Part shown: in pieces, positions 29,729 to 43,144 of the stretch
How positions within the stretch are numbered: position 1 is the stretch's first letter
Layout of the letters: every line of letters starts with the position of its first letter
Assembly (NCBI GenBank): GCA_965231125.1
Contig: OZ246414.1
Coordinates: forward strand, 512,137-576,136
DNA: 64,000 nt
Reading direction: 5' to 3'
From: an uncultured Gammaproteobacteria bacterium
Lineage (GTDB): Bacteria > Patescibacteriota > Microgenomatia > Woykebacterales > RBG-16-39-9b
Position numbers and translations under genes: made by a program
Notes under the pieces: model-generated
What the model saw: the letters and a program-made list of their open reading frames with translations, nothing else
Told to the model about the DNA's origin: nothing
Databases searched by the model: none

Positions 29729-30295
29729 ATGAAGTACGCAGTTTGGTTGGTGGTTCTTGTCTTGGCTCTCACAACTCTCGCTTGTTCAGTTAAGAACAAG
29801 AGTGGCAGTAGCGGAGAGGGAAAGTTGGATATAAACCTTTTGAACACGGACGTTGTATCCGACATCAATCCGCTTGACCAATCGGTTCAATACAAGACGG
29901 ATCTGATTATCGAGATTGGGAACCCAACCGACAACCCAATCAAGTACGATGAGGTCCAAGTCTTTTTTGAAAGCAACGCTCGGTTGATAACTGGCACGAG
30001 GTGCGCAGACAATGACCAAGGGGTGTACTGCATGTTTTGGTACGGAAATGAACCTATGCCAGAATATGGCAATCCCATTTCACCGGTGTTACTGACAGGC
30101 CATATAGCTACTCGCTATTCAATAAGCTCTGGAACTGGATTCGTCTTGGATGACGGCTCACCCAAGCTCATTGTTGTGTCGGTAATGGTCGGAGGGAAGG
30201 AAATTGCAAGCTCTACTTTCGATGACCAAGGAAACAAGGTAGACGCTCAAGCAAAAAGGGTAGCCGCAAAGCTGCCCTTTTTACATTTCTGTTAG
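29729..30295 (+). CDS. Orphan lipoprotein
   Basis: Signal with TLAC lipobox; GGAGGG SD; promoter TTTACA-17-TATAAT at 29649-29677. Confidence 0.7.
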   Translation: MKYAVWLVVLVLALTTLACSVKNKSGSSGEGKLDINLLNTDVVSDINPLDQSVQYKTDLIIEIGNPTDNPIKYDEVQVFFESNARLITGTRCADNDQGVYCMFWYGNEPMPEYGNPISPVLLTGHIATRYSISSGTGFVLDDGSPKLIVVSVMVGGKEIASSTFDDQGNKVDAQAKRVAAKLPFLHFC

Positions 30296-30802
30296 CCAAT
30301 TCAAAACTTCTTTTTCGTAGCCAATTACAGTCCAATGAGTGTCTTTCTTGAACACGATTGTATCTTTAATCTGTGAAATAGGTACCCAGCGAAGTTCTTC
30401 CACTTCCTCTTTGTCAAAATTTATCTTTGAAACCTCAGCGTCCCAGTGTAATTTATAGATTGATTGAAATTCTTTATGACGAGTATCCTTGTAAATTTTA
30501 AATAACACGAAGTCCGACTCCTTTACTTTTAGACCCAGCTCCTCCTTTACCTCACGAGTTGCAACTTTGATATAATCCTGACCAGGTCTTGGATGTCCAC
30601 CAAAAAATGGCTCCCAAAGACCCGGATTGGAATCCTTCTTTAACGACCGACGTTGACAAAGAATTTCATCATTTGAGTTTATTACCCAAACATGAGAGTT
30701 TCTATGCCAAAGACCTTTAGAATGAACTTCATCACGGGGTTTTGCACCAACCGGTTTATTGGTTTCATCAACAACAGTTATTAGTTCTTTCTTGTCGATC
30801 AT
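30281..30802 (-). CDS. NUDIX protein, IPP-isomerase type I-like
   Basis: VHSKGLWHRNSHVWV, QRRS..K..PGLW, GGHP, REVKEELG. Confidence 0.88.
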   Translation of the reverse strand: MIDKKELITVVDETNKPVGAKPRDEVHSKGLWHRNSHVWVINSNDEILCQRRSLKKDSNPGLWEPFFGGHPRPGQDYIKVATREVKEELGLKVKESDFVLFKIYKDTRHKEFQSIYKLHWDAEVSKINFDKEEVEELRWVPISQIKDTIVFKKDTHWTVIGYEKEVLNWLTEM

Positions 30803-30841
30803 AAGATTATTTTACTCCAGCCGCAACTTTTTTGGTATAAT

Positions 30842-31303
30842 GTGCCTCTGACGAAAAAGAAAACAAAAATTCAAAGAATTGCGATTTGTTCCAGCGCCAG
30901 TTTTTACGCTAAGGTTCTGGAAGTTGAAAAGGATCTTAAAAAATTAGGGTTCAAAGTTTCGGTGCCACTCACTTCGAAAGTGATGGAGAAAACCGGTAAC
31001 TTTAACGTCGCTACATACCGCACCTGGCTCAAGGATGAAAGGGATTTCACTCGAAAAGCGTTTCTAATGAAAAACCATTTCAACAAAATTGTTCGCAGCG
31101 ACGCTGTCTTAATAGTCAATTTGATAAAGAACGGAATAGACGGTTACATCGGCGGCAATGGCTTAATGGAAATGGGGATTGCGTTTTGGCTTGGGAAACC
31201 AGTCTTTGTTCTAAGCAGAGTGTCAAAAGAACACCCTCTTTACGAAGAAATATTAGGTGTTCGACCAGTTTTTATCGATGAGGATTTGACGAAGATCAAA
31301 TAA
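30842..31303 (+). CDS. Nucleoside 2-deoxyribosyltransferase-like protein
   Basis: ICSS..F, HF.KI..SDAVLIVN, GYIG..GLMEMGIA..LGKPVF. Confidence 0.7.
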   Translation: MPLTKKKTKIQRIAICSSASFYAKVLEVEKDLKKLGFKVSVPLTSKVMEKTGNFNVATYRTWLKDERDFTRKAFLMKNHFNKIVRSDAVLIVNLIKNGIDGYIGGNGLMEMGIAFWLGKPVFVLSRVSKEHPLYEEILGVRPVFIDEDLTKIK

Positions 31304-31308
31304 AAGTT

Positions 31309-31731
31309 TTAAATTTTGGGAGTGTTCTTTGGATAATGGCGCCTTCTTACCCGAAGGCGAGCGAGCGACTTTTGTAAAGCAGCTGCTATGGCGGCGTATT
31401 CTTCTGATGAAAGTTTTCCTCTGTTGCGAAGTGCCTCTTCGGCCCGTCTGCGAGCCTCCTCGGCTTCTTTTTCGGAGATTTCCGCTACTTCTTCCGCCAA
31501 GTCGGTTAGGACCGACACTTGGGTTCCATTTATCTGCGCAAATCCGTAACCGACGGCAAGATTTGTTTCTTTGCCTTCTTTTTTGACAATTAACTCTCCA
31601 GGTTGAATTTGAGTCACTAACGAAGTGTGCCCCGGCAAGATAGTTATCTCCCCGTCAGCAGTCGGTAGGGTCACTTCGCCCACTTCACCGTCATAAGTTT
31701 TTCTTTCTGGAGTTGCAATGGTTAGGTTCAC
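31309..31731 (-). CDS. atpC: ATP synthase F1 epsilon subunit
   Basis: TPER, GEITILPGH, operon position. Confidence 0.95.
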   Translation of the reverse strand: MNLTIATPERKTYDGEVGEVTLPTADGEITILPGHTSLVTQIQPGELIVKKEGKETNLAVGYGFAQINGTQVSVLTDLAEEVAEISEKEAEEARRRAEEALRNRGKLSSEEYAAIAAALQKSLARLRVRRRHYPKNTPKI

Positions 31732-31788
31732 TTTTTAACTTCTTCGATGGGCCCTTTCATGTGACCCGCTTCGCGTGACGTATGCTCG
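31728..31788 (-). repeat. Displaced duplicate of atpD 3' end plus 28-nt palindromic spacer
   Basis: MKGPIEEVKK* copy versus [10 protein letters not shown] in atpD. Confidence 0.75.
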
Positions 31789-34019
<2,231 letters not shown>

Positions 34020-35522
34020 TTACTGCGCTACTTTAAAGCCTTTCTTAAACTCTTCAATAGCTTCTCCTAACTCTTTTTCTAAAGACTGTGGTAAAAGCTT
34101 TTCTTTCGCAAGAGTATCCAATATTTTTCCGCGGCGAGCGCTTATAAAATCAAGAAATTTAGTTTCAAACTGCGCAATTTTTTCAAGTGGAATATCGTCT
34201 AAGTAACCTTTGGTAGTCGCCCAAATTATTACAATTTGTTTTGCCACCGGTACCGGAGCATATTGCGGTTGTTTAAGAATTTCGACGAGGCGGGCGCCTT
34301 TTTCCAACTTTTTTTGAGTGGCTTCATCCAAATCCGAGCCGAACTGCGCAAAAGCGGCTAATTCTCGATATTGAGCAAGGTCCAATCTTAAGGACCCAGC
34401 AATCTGTTTCATGGCTTTTATTTGGGCGGCACCACCAACCCGCGAGACCGAAAGCCCGACATTTACCGCCGGCCGCGTGCCGGCGTAAAAAAGATCTCCT
34501 TCTAGGTAAATTTGCCCATCCGTAATAGAGATAACATTTGTGGGGATATAAGCGGAAACATCGGCCGCCTGAGTTTCAATAATCGGCAAAGCAGTAAGCG
34601 ATCCGCCACCATAATCCTTGTTTAATTTGGCGGCCCGTTCCAAAAGGCGACTATGGAGGTAAAAAACGTCTCCCGGGTATGCTTCCCGACCGGAAGGCCG
34701 GCGCAGTAGCAGTGAAAGTTGACGATACGCCCAGGCGTGTTTTGTAAGATCGTCGTAAATAACTAAAGCGTCTTTTCCAGAATCCATAAAATATTCTCCG
34801 ATAGCACAGCCGGCGTAGGGCGCAATATACTGCATTGTGGCTGAGTCAACCGCTGCCGCCGAGACGACAATCGTATGCTTCAGAGCGTCATGTTTGTCGA
34901 GGGTGTCGACAATTTGGGCGATTTTTGAAGTTTTTTGACCTATTGCGACGTAGATACAAATCACACCAGAATCCTTTTGATTGATTATTGTATCAATTGT
35001 AATAGCCGTTTTGCCAAGACCGCGATCGCCAATAATTAGTTCCCTTTGACCTCGACCAATAGGGATCATACTGTCGATCGCTTTTAAGCCTGTTTGTAAA
35101 GGAGTGTTGACGCTTTCCCGGGTTATAACTCCAGGAGCAATTTTTTCAATGGGGTAAGATTTGGTAGTCTTAATTGGACCTTTACCGTCAATTGGAGCGC
35201 CCAGGGCGTTGACAACTCGACCTACCAAAGACTCACCAACCGGGACCTGTAATATCTGGCCGGTTGTAGCTACCTCGTCGCCTTCTTTAAGGGAAGTGTA
35301 ATCACCAAAAATTACGATTCCAACACTTGCCTCTTCAAGGTTTAGAGCGAGCCCTTTCAAATTGTTTGGCAATTCCACCAGTTCGTTATAGGCGACATCC
35401 GAAAGCCCTTCTGCTTTGGCAACGCCGTCTCCGAGTTCGGTGATCACGCCCACGTTTTTCTTCTGGGTTTTTGTTTGCAAACCCTCAATTTCTTTTTTTA
35501 ATTCCTCGACGATGTTAGTCAT
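34020..35522 (-). CDS. atpA: ATP synthase F1 alpha subunit
   Basis: [30 protein letters not shown]. Confidence 0.99.
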   Translation of the reverse strand: MTNIVEELKKEIEGLQTKTQKKNVGVITELGDGVAKAEGLSDVAYNELVELPNNLKGLALNLEEASVGIVIFGDYTSLKEGDEVATTGQILQVPVGESLVGRVVNALGAPIDGKGPIKTTKSYPIEKIAPGVITRESVNTPLQTGLKAIDSMIPIGRGQRELIIGDRGLGKTAITIDTIINQKDSGVICIYVAIGQKTSKIAQIVDTLDKHDALKHTIVVSAAAVDSATMQYIAPYAGCAIGEYFMDSGKDALVIYDDLTKHAWAYRQLSLLLRRPSGREAYPGDVFYLHSRLLERAAKLNKDYGGGSLTALPIIETQAADVSAYIPTNVISITDGQIYLEGDLFYAGTRPAVNVGLSVSRVGGAAQIKAMKQIAGSLRLDLAQYRELAAFAQFGSDLDEATQKKLEKGARLVEILKQPQYAPVPVAKQIVIIWATTKGYLDDIPLEKIAQFETKFLDFISARRGKILDTLAKEKLLPQSLEKELGEAIEEFKKGFKVAQ

Positions 35523-35913
35523 AGTTTACTTTTTTAAGAGACTCTAAAGTTTGGGATACTGAATAGTCCCAAATATTATCGCTTAACTGGATTTTAACGC
35601 CAGCAAGTAGCGATCTATTTTTGCTGAAAGTAAAGTTTAATTTTTTACCAAATCTTGCTTCGAAATTTTTTTTAATCTTTTCCAAGTAGCCTGCCCCAAG
35701 ATTTTCAGCGCTTTCTACTACCAAGGTATTACTTTTGTAAAAATTGGAAACTGCATCCGCCAAAGCCAGTAAAATTTTGATTGCTCCTTTTGGGTATTCC
35801 TTTTTTACCTGTCTTACCCAGGCGAAAAGCTTAGTTTCGTTGATACCTTCCTTAGACAAACTTACTTGAAGAATTTCTTTTGCAATTTTTAAATCTTTTT
35901 TTGAATATTTCAT
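35515..35913 (-). CDS. atpH: ATP synthase delta subunit (short)
   Basis: Position between atpF and atpA; SLLAGVKI...WDYSV. Confidence 0.85.
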   Translation of the reverse strand: MKYSKKDLKIAKEILQVSLSKEGINETKLFAWVRQVKKEYPKGAIKILLALADAVSNFYKSNTLVVESAENLGAGYLEKIKKNFEARFGKKLNFTFSKNRSLLAGVKIQLSDNIWDYSVSQTLESLKKVNYD

Positions 35914-36407
35914 TACTTTAATTCTTTCATTGACTTTTTAATCATCTCTTCATTATCTTTACTCGTAAGAGCCTTGCCCAGCACCATTTTTGTTGTTTCC
36001 GCAACAAGGCTTGCCATTTCTGATTTTACTTCAGAAACCATTTTTTGCTTTTCAAGTAAGACGTCAGCCTTTGCCTTAATGAAGGTTTCTTCCACTCTTC
36101 TGCCTGCTTGCTCTTGCATTTGCTCTTCTAATTTTTTGGCTGCTTCTTTAGCTTCTTCAATAATCTTGGTTGCTTGAGATTCAGCCGAGCCAATTATTTC
36201 TTCTTGGCGCATTTGCGTTTCCGCGAGTTTTTTTTCTATTTCTTCCGCTCGCTTGACACTTGTTTCTATCTTGGTTTTTCTTTCTTCCAATATCTTTAAA
36301 ATTGGTTTGTAGAAAAATTTTTTCAACAGTAGTACCAGGATAGTAAAGTTTACTACCTGAGCTAAAAGTAATATTGGATTAATTCCAAAATCTTTAAGAA
36401 ATCCCAT
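35913..36407 (-). CDS. atpF: ATP synthase F0 b subunit
   Basis: AQVVNF, YKPI..LEER, coiled coil. Confidence 0.96.
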   Translation of the reverse strand: MGFLKDFGINPILLLAQVVNFTILVLLLKKFFYKPILKILEERKTKIETSVKRAEEIEKKLAETQMRQEEIIGSAESQATKIIEEAKEAAKKLEEQMQEQAGRRVEETFIKAKADVLLEKQKMVSEVKSEMASLVAETTKMVLGKALTSKDNEEMIKKSMKELK

Positions 36408-36426
36408 ATTTCCTAAACAACCAAAT

Positions 36427-37362
<936 letters not shown>

Positions 37363-37385
<23 letters not shown>

Positions 37386-37749
37386 TAATTACTTCATTAA
37401 TATTATCAAAACCGAGGGTTAAAGTCTTTATACCAACACGGGGGTACTTGTCTTCCAGGAGCTTTTTTGCCTGCTTTAGGTTGTGGCTATGTCTTTCGGT
37501 TGAGTTATCAGATCCGTACGCACCACAATCTTCGTGATCAAAAATGTATATTTCTTTTGGGTTGTGAAGCTTTATTGAGGCTTCTACCCCCTGGGTAATA
37601 TTTTCTACGTTTAAAGAAGCTCCTGGAATAGTAATTAGATCGTAGGCATCTTTCAAACCACGATCTATCAAATAGTCTCTAGTTCTAGTTATAAATCGAA
37701 AGTCAATACAAGAAATTACTAGAGCCTTACATTCGTTTGGATCAGACAT
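37363..37749 (-). CDS. Small beta-class-like carbonic anhydrase
   Basis: SCIDFR, PGAS, DHEDCGAY zinc-ligand motifs. Confidence 0.8.
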
Positions 37750-37847
37750 AACGCAGTATCATACCAGGCAGGAGCAAGATTATCAAGTGGTTTTGAGTAG
37801 GTTGAAAACTTTTAAAGCGACCTTTATGATTAAACGAGAGACTTTTT

Positions 37848-39395
37848 ATGATAAATCCTTTAAGGCCGGTACTTTTAGTTATTTTAGATGGTTGGGGAGT
37901 AGCCGCCGCTAGCCAAGGTAACTCAATAACAAGGGCAAGAAAACCAAATCTGGACGCCTATTTTGCTTCTTTCCCAAACACTGTGCTTGAGGCAGCCGGG
38001 GAAGCGGTCGGATTGCCTCCCGGAGAAGCCGGCAACTCCGAAGTTGGTCACACCAACCTTGGTGCCGGCAGAATTGTTTACCAAGATTTACCTAGAATTA
38101 ATATGGCCATAGCCGACGGATCTTTCTTGACGAATCCGGTTTTTCTAGAAGCTTTTGCGCACGCCAGGGGAGTAGGCTCGGCCGTCCACTTGATGGGCTT
38201 AGTCGGGTCCGGAGGTGTGCATTCAAGTATCGAACACCTCTACGCTCTTCTTTGGCTCGCTAAAAAGCAGAATTTGGAAAAAGTTTATCTCCATTTGTTT
38301 ACGGACGGTAGAGATTCACCACCTTACTCGTCTACTCAACTCTTCGCGGAACTAGAATCTAAGCTAGATGAACTAGGAGTCGGAAAAATAGCGACAATCT
38401 CCGGACGCTATTTCGCTATGGATCGAGATCAAAGATGGGAAAGAACGCAGAAAGCTTACGACGCAATGGTGAAAGGAGTTGGTGCCCGTGCTGAAAGTGC
38501 TCTGCAGGCGATTGAAATTTCCTACCAGCGAAAAATTACGGATGAGTTTATTGAACCGACTGTAATTTCTTCGACGGGTGAGGTAACCACTATAAAAGAC
38601 AATGATTCCGTAATATTCTTTAATTTCCGACCAGATAGAGCTAGGCAGTTAACCAAATCTTTTGTTTTAGATCAGTTCCAGGGTTTTCCAAGAGAAAGAA
38701 AGCTAGAAAATCTTTATTTTGTTTCGATAACTTTGTTTGAGAAAGGTTTGCCGACCCACGTAGCCTTTCCGGCTCCTCAGATTGACTATCCTTTGGCATC
38801 AGTGGTTTCTTCGAAGAACTTAAGGCAACTCCATATCGGAGAAACGGAAAAGTATGCCCACATCACTTATTTTTTTAATGCTGGTTTGGAGGCAGCCTAC
38901 CCAGGGGAGGATCGAATTCACATCCCTTCACCGAGGGTGGCAACTTACGATACAAAGCCGGAGATGTCGTCAAATGAGATCACCGAGCAAGTTTCGGAAA
39001 GATTGAAAGTCGGACAATACGATTTCTACGTTATAAATTTTGCCAGCGCTGATATGGTGGCTCATACAGGTTCTTTAGATGCGACCATAAAGGCAGTTGA
39101 GATTTTGGACGGCTGTGTCGGAAAAGTTGTGGGGGAGGCTATGGCCTTGGGTGGGGCCACCGTCTTAGTTGGCGATCATGGAAACGCGGAGCAGATGATT
39201 AACCCATCTACGGGCGAGCCGGATACGGAGCACACTGCAAATTCGGTGCCGTTTCTAGCAGTTGCCGGCTCCCTTAAAGATTTTCCAAATCCAAAATTGC
39301 AATCCGGAGTTTTAGCTGATGTTGCGCCAACAATCCTTACCCTTATGGGCATTGTGCCTCCAGAAGTGATGACCGGTCGCAATCTTTTAGTTTAG
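37848..39395 (+). CDS. gpmI: 2,3-bisphosphoglycerate-independent phosphoglycerate mutase
   Basis: ILDGWG, GNSEVGH, GRYFAMDRD, ETEKYAH, DHGNAE. Confidence 0.98.
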   Translation: MINPLRPVLLVILDGWGVAAASQGNSITRARKPNLDAYFASFPNTVLEAAGEAVGLPPGEAGNSEVGHTNLGAGRIVYQDLPRINMAIADGSFLTNPVFLEAFAHARGVGSAVHLMGLVGSGGVHSSIEHLYALLWLAKKQNLEKVYLHLFTDGRDSPPYSSTQLFAELESKLDELGVGKIATISGRYFAMDRDQRWERTQKAYDAMVKGVGARAESALQAIEISYQRKITDEFIEPTVISSTGEVTTIKDNDSVIFFNFRPDRARQLTKSFVLDQFQGFPRERKLENLYFVSITLFEKGLPTHVAFPAPQIDYPLASVVSSKNLRQLHIGETEKYAHITYFFNAGLEAAYPGEDRIHIPSPRVATYDTKPEMSSNEITEQVSERLKVGQYDFYVINFASADMVAHTGSLDATIKAVEILDGCVGKVVGEAMALGGATVLVGDHGNAEQMINPSTGEPDTEHTANSVPFLAVAGSLKDFPNPKLQSGVLADVAPTILTLMGIVPPEVMTGRNLLV

Positions 39396-40061
39396 CACAA
39401 GAGTAATTTCGCCTTTTAAGTTTTTGGTGGTAAGATTTTTTACGATATCTTTTACCTTGCCTCTAATGAATTCCTCATTAATCTTAGTCATTTCTCTGCC
39501 GACAGCTAAATCTCTCTCGGGAAAAATGGAAGAGAGTTCTTCTAGAGTTTTCTGGATTCTGAAGGGAGATTCAAAGAAAATTACGCTAGTGTTTACTTGA
39601 TCTAAAAGAACGGCTATTTTTTCGTAGAACTTTTTTCTTTTACCTTCCTTTTTCGGAGTATAGCCAACAAAAGCAAACGAATCTGGCGGCAGGCCTGAGG
39701 ATACTAGAGCGGTGAGTACCGAACTGGCACCAGGTATTGAGACAACCTTAACGCCTTCCTGAATACTTGCGCGAATTAATTTGAATCCAGGGTCTGAAAC
39801 GATGGGCGTGCCGGCGTCGGAAACTAGAGCCATACTTTCTCCGTTTTTTAGCCGGTTAATTATCTGCGTCTGCCTAAAATTTTCATTATGCTCGTGAAAA
39901 CTTAAAAGAGGTTTTTTAATTGAATAGTGCGCAAGTAAAAGACCGGTTCTTCTTGTGTCTTCGGCCAAAATTAAGTCAACACTTTTTAAAGTCGCAAGAG
40001 CCCTCAAAGTTATATCCTGCAGGTTGCCAATTGGTGTTGCCACAATATAAAGGGTCCCCAT
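39387..40061 (-). CDS. rsmI: 16S rRNA C1402 2'-O-methyltransferase
   Basis: LYIVATPIGNL.DIT, AEDTR, SDAGTP.VSDPG, ESP.R. Confidence 0.97.
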   Translation of the reverse strand: MGTLYIVATPIGNLQDITLRALATLKSVDLILAEDTRRTGLLLAHYSIKKPLLSFHEHNENFRQTQIINRLKNGESMALVSDAGTPIVSDPGFKLIRASIQEGVKVVSIPGASSVLTALVSSGLPPDSFAFVGYTPKKEGKRKKFYEKIAVLLDQVNTSVIFFESPFRIQKTLEELSSIFPERDLAVGREMTKINEEFIRGKVKDIVKNLTTKNLKGEITLVLN

Positions 40062-40113
40062 AGATTTAGTATTATACTAGATTTATTACTTTAGAATTTG
40101 TTAGATTAATAAA

Positions 40114-40749
40114 GTGGTGTATTCTTTTGCTGCAAGCATAAGCTCGTCAATTACCAATCTAATTTCTACTTTAGGTTACTTTGGAGTTTTTATTGCAATG
40201 GCGCTCGAGTCTGCTTGTATTCCGATTCCTTCGGAAGTAATTATGCCATTTGCCGGTTTTCTAGTGACAGGCGGAAAATTTAACTTCTGGTTGGTTGTTT
40301 TGGTAGGGGCACTTGGAAATTTGATCGGTTCGTTGTCGATGTACGGGCTCGGGTTTTGGGGCGGGGAGGTAGTAATTCGAAAGTTAATCAGAGTTTGGGG
40401 TAAGTTTATCTTAATTTCCGAAAAGGATTTTGCCCTGTCAAAATCCTGGTTAGTCCGTTTTGGACTGCCGGTGGTGGCGCTGTCTCGGGTTTTACCGGTG
40501 GTGAGAACTTTTATTTCGCTACCAGCCGGAGTGGCAAAAATAGACCTTACTCTATTTACGGCTTTAACTTTCGGTGGGTCCTTAATTTGGTCCGCCTTCC
40601 TCACTTATATAGGCGTCTTGCTTGGGGAAAACTGGCAGAACATTGAGCCGGCCTTTCGAAAATTTGATATCTTTATTGTTTTAGGAGCTATAATTTTAGC
40701 GGGCCTATTTTTTTACCACAAATCAAAAGAGATTGTTAGAGCGCGCTGA
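40114..40749 (+). CDS. DedA family membrane protein
   Basis: ESACIPIPSEVIMPFAG, R.LP.VRTFISLPAG. Confidence 0.95.
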   Translation: MVYSFAASISSSITNLISTLGYFGVFIAMALESACIPIPSEVIMPFAGFLVTGGKFNFWLVVLVGALGNLIGSLSMYGLGFWGGEVVIRKLIRVWGKFILISEKDFALSKSWLVRFGLPVVALSRVLPVVRTFISLPAGVAKIDLTLFTALTFGGSLIWSAFLTYIGVLLGENWQNIEPAFRKFDIFIVLGAIILAGLFFYHKSKEIVRAR

Positions 40750-42020
40750 TGTTAAAGAAATTAAAATCAATTTTAAAAATTTTTGGCCCTGGGTTTATTA
40801 CCGGCGCGTCGGATGATGATCCTTCAGGGATAGCAACTTACTCCCAAACTGGCGCTGCCTTTGGCTACAACCAACTTTGGACAGCTCTATTTTCCTACCC
40901 TTTCATGACCGTAGTTCAAGAAATGTGCGGTCGTATTGGTTTAGTTACTGGTAAAGGGCTGGCGGGAGTTATTCGCCATCATTACCCCAAAAAGTTTTTG
41001 TGGTTCTCCGTTTTGCTTTTATTTCTTGCCAATACAATTAATATTGGTGCCGATCTTGGGGCAATGGCAGCTAGCGCCCAGATGATTTTCGGTGTGCCTT
41101 TTATTTTTTGGCTACTAGGAATAACCGCTCTTACCCTAGGTTTAGAGATCTTCCTCTCGTACAATATTTACGCTAAAGTTCTTAAATGGCTTACGTTTTC
41201 ACTTTTTGCGTATATCTTAGTTGTCTTTTTCGTTAAGCAAGACTGGGTCAATATCGCCCGTTCGACACTTTTGCCAAGCATACAGTGGTCCCAAATTTAT
41301 TTGTTGAATATAGTTGCTATTTTAGGGACAACTATTTCGCCATATTTATATTTTTGGCAGGCAGACGAAGAAGTTGAAGAAGAAGTTGCCGAACATAAAA
41401 TCCGCTCTTTTGGGGCCGGCATTCCCAGAATACGCCGGAAAGATATTACTGATATGAGGATCGACACAGCAGTCGGCATGGGTTTTTCGAACTTGGTAAT
41501 GTTTTTTATAATCGCCACGACCGCATCGACCCTCCATGTCCACGGGATTTTTGATATCAACACTCCGCAACAGGCAGCCGAGGCTCTTAAACCTTTTGCA
41601 GGAAATCTTGCTTATCTTCTTTTTGCCACTGGAATTATCGGAACTGGGCTACTGGCCGTGCCGGTTTTGGCCGGTTCCGTCTCGTACGCAATTTCCGAGT
41701 CTTTTGGCTGGCGAGCCGGCCTTTACCAAAAGCTAAAAAAGGCCCACGGTTTTTACGGGGCGATAATTGTCGCCACTTTAATTGGTTTGTTAATAAATTT
41801 TATTGGTATCAGCCCGATAAAAGCTCTTTACTACGCGTCGATCCTTAATGGCCTTTTGGCTCCACCTCTTTTAGTAATGATTATGCTCATTAGCAACAAC
41901 CGAGATATTATGGGTGGCCGGACCAACGGTAAGCTGAGCAACTACTTAGGCTGGATAATAACGGCGGTAATGAGTGTTTGCGCTCTTGTCTTAATTATCC
42001 AATTTTTATTTTTCTCTTAG
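40749..42020 (+). CDS. NRAMP-family divalent metal transporter
   Basis: GPGFITGASDDDPSGIATYSQ, GTTISPYL. Confidence 0.93.
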   Translation: MLKKLKSILKIFGPGFITGASDDDPSGIATYSQTGAAFGYNQLWTALFSYPFMTVVQEMCGRIGLVTGKGLAGVIRHHYPKKFLWFSVLLLFLANTINIGADLGAMAASAQMIFGVPFIFWLLGITALTLGLEIFLSYNIYAKVLKWLTFSLFAYILVVFFVKQDWVNIARSTLLPSIQWSQIYLLNIVAILGTTISPYLYFWQADEEVEEEVAEHKIRSFGAGIPRIRRKDITDMRIDTAVGMGFSNLVMFFIIATTASTLHVHGIFDINTPQQAAEALKPFAGNLAYLLFATGIIGTGLLAVPVLAGSVSYAISESFGWRAGLYQKLKKAHGFYGAIIVATLIGLLINFIGISPIKALYYASILNGLLAPPLLVMIMLISNNRDIMGGRTNGKLSNYLGWIITAVMSVCALVLIIQFLFFS

Positions 42021-42634
42021 TGGAATTTGCGAATAACGCCAACTACTTTCCCTCTTATCTGAACATTACGTGAGAGGATTGGGTTCATGGTGGAATTTGC
42101 TGGCTCAAGGCGAACATGATCTGTCTCTTGATAAAATCTTTTTAAAGTCGCAAATGAGCCGTTCAAAAGGGCCACGACAATATCACCGTTATTCGCAGTT
42201 TGCGATTCTTCAATAATGACAAAATCGCCATCCAAAATAGCTGCTTCTACCATTGAATTTCCCTTTACTTGCAGTACGAAACACCGTTTATCTCCAATCA
42301 TGTCTGGTGGCACCATCAAAGAAGCAGTGTGGTCTTCAATCGCTTCAATTGGCGAGCCGGCGGCAATGCGACCGACTAAAGGAAGCTCAACGGCGGAAGA
42401 TACCCAGCCCATTGCTTTTTGATCAATCACTTCGATTCCGCGGCGAGTGCCATCCGTTTTCTTTAGAACTCCTTTTTCCATAAGATTGGAGATGTGTTCG
42501 TGAACTGTTGCTGGGGAACGCAGCCCCAAACCATCACAGATTTCAGCCAGTGTGGGAGCGTAACCATGTTTTTGCATGAATTGAGAAACAAATTGCAGGA
42601 GATCTCTTTGTCTTTTGTAAATTACGGGAGCCAT
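42017..42634 (-). CDS. lexA: SOS repressor LexA
   Basis: HTH N-terminus, AAG cleavage site, GNSM serine, TLKR lysine. Confidence 0.96.
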   Translation of the reverse strand: MAPVIYKRQRDLLQFVSQFMQKHGYAPTLAEICDGLGLRSPATVHEHISNLMEKGVLKKTDGTRRGIEVIDQKAMGWVSSAVELPLVGRIAAGSPIEAIEDHTASLMVPPDMIGDKRCFVLQVKGNSMVEAAILDGDFVIIEESQTANNGDIVVALLNGSFATLKRFYQETDHVRLEPANSTMNPILSRNVQIRGKVVGVIRKFH

Positions 42635-42635
42635 A

Positions 42636-42710
42636 TTTTAGAGTTTAGAATTGAGAATTCAGAATTAAAAATTCCAGTGATTGTGAATTCATAATTCGTT
42701 TAATTTCTGG
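42636..42710. repeat. Degenerate 7-nt tandem repeat in lexA leader
   Basis: TAGAGTT TAGAATT GAGAATT CAGAATT AAAAATT, then GAATTC ATAATTC. Confidence 0.6.
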
Positions 42711-42714
42711 TTAT

Positions 42715-42744
42715 ATTATCGTTCCTTTTTCGGAGAAGTGTCAA
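42715..42744 (-). promoter_or_regulatory. lexA promoter with possible operator in spacer
   Basis: TTGACA-18-GATAAT; spacer contains CCGAA-N6-ACGAT. Confidence 0.5.
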
Positions 42745-42820
42745 TAGAGTCTAAGTGGATAGAAAGAAATCAAAAGTAATCAGGTGGTAAAAATTGACTT
42801 CGAAGGGTATAATCTTAGTT

Positions 42821-43107
42821 GGTACTGGGTTGGGGAATGATGTGCATATCGTTTCTCGTATCCATTAACTTGGAAATGCAGTACCCTGGCCGCTGCGCAA
42901 TCGAACGCCGATCGCCCGCAGCGGACTAGATTTTTACTTGGGCAACTGCCCAATTAGTTTAGGTGTTCGCTTGCGTTACTGATTTCCTTTCCTCCCCCAG
43001 GAGATGAAGCCAAAGTCGCAAGCTAGACCACCACCTGGCCGCAGTCGAGATGAGTGTCTCATCGTCCTCGTTTCGTCTGCGGTCTTCTCTTTTCCAACCC
43101 ACAGTAT
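42821..43107 (+). ncRNA. Unassigned ~285-nt multi-branched structured RNA (RNA1)
   Basis: TATAAT at 42808-13; 5'/3' ends pair; several internal hairpins with G-U pairs valid on + strand; no convincing ORF. Confidence 0.7.
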
Positions 43108-43144
43108 TTCAATAAAGTTTATTTTGGTTTAGAATATCTATTCC

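Noticed and set aside
42821-43107. RNA1 as RNase P, tmRNA, SRP or 6S RNA
   Set aside because: No GAGGAAAGUCC, no tRNA-like ends, no SRP GGAA/AGCAG domain, not a single rod; a very divergent form cannot be excluded without Infernal
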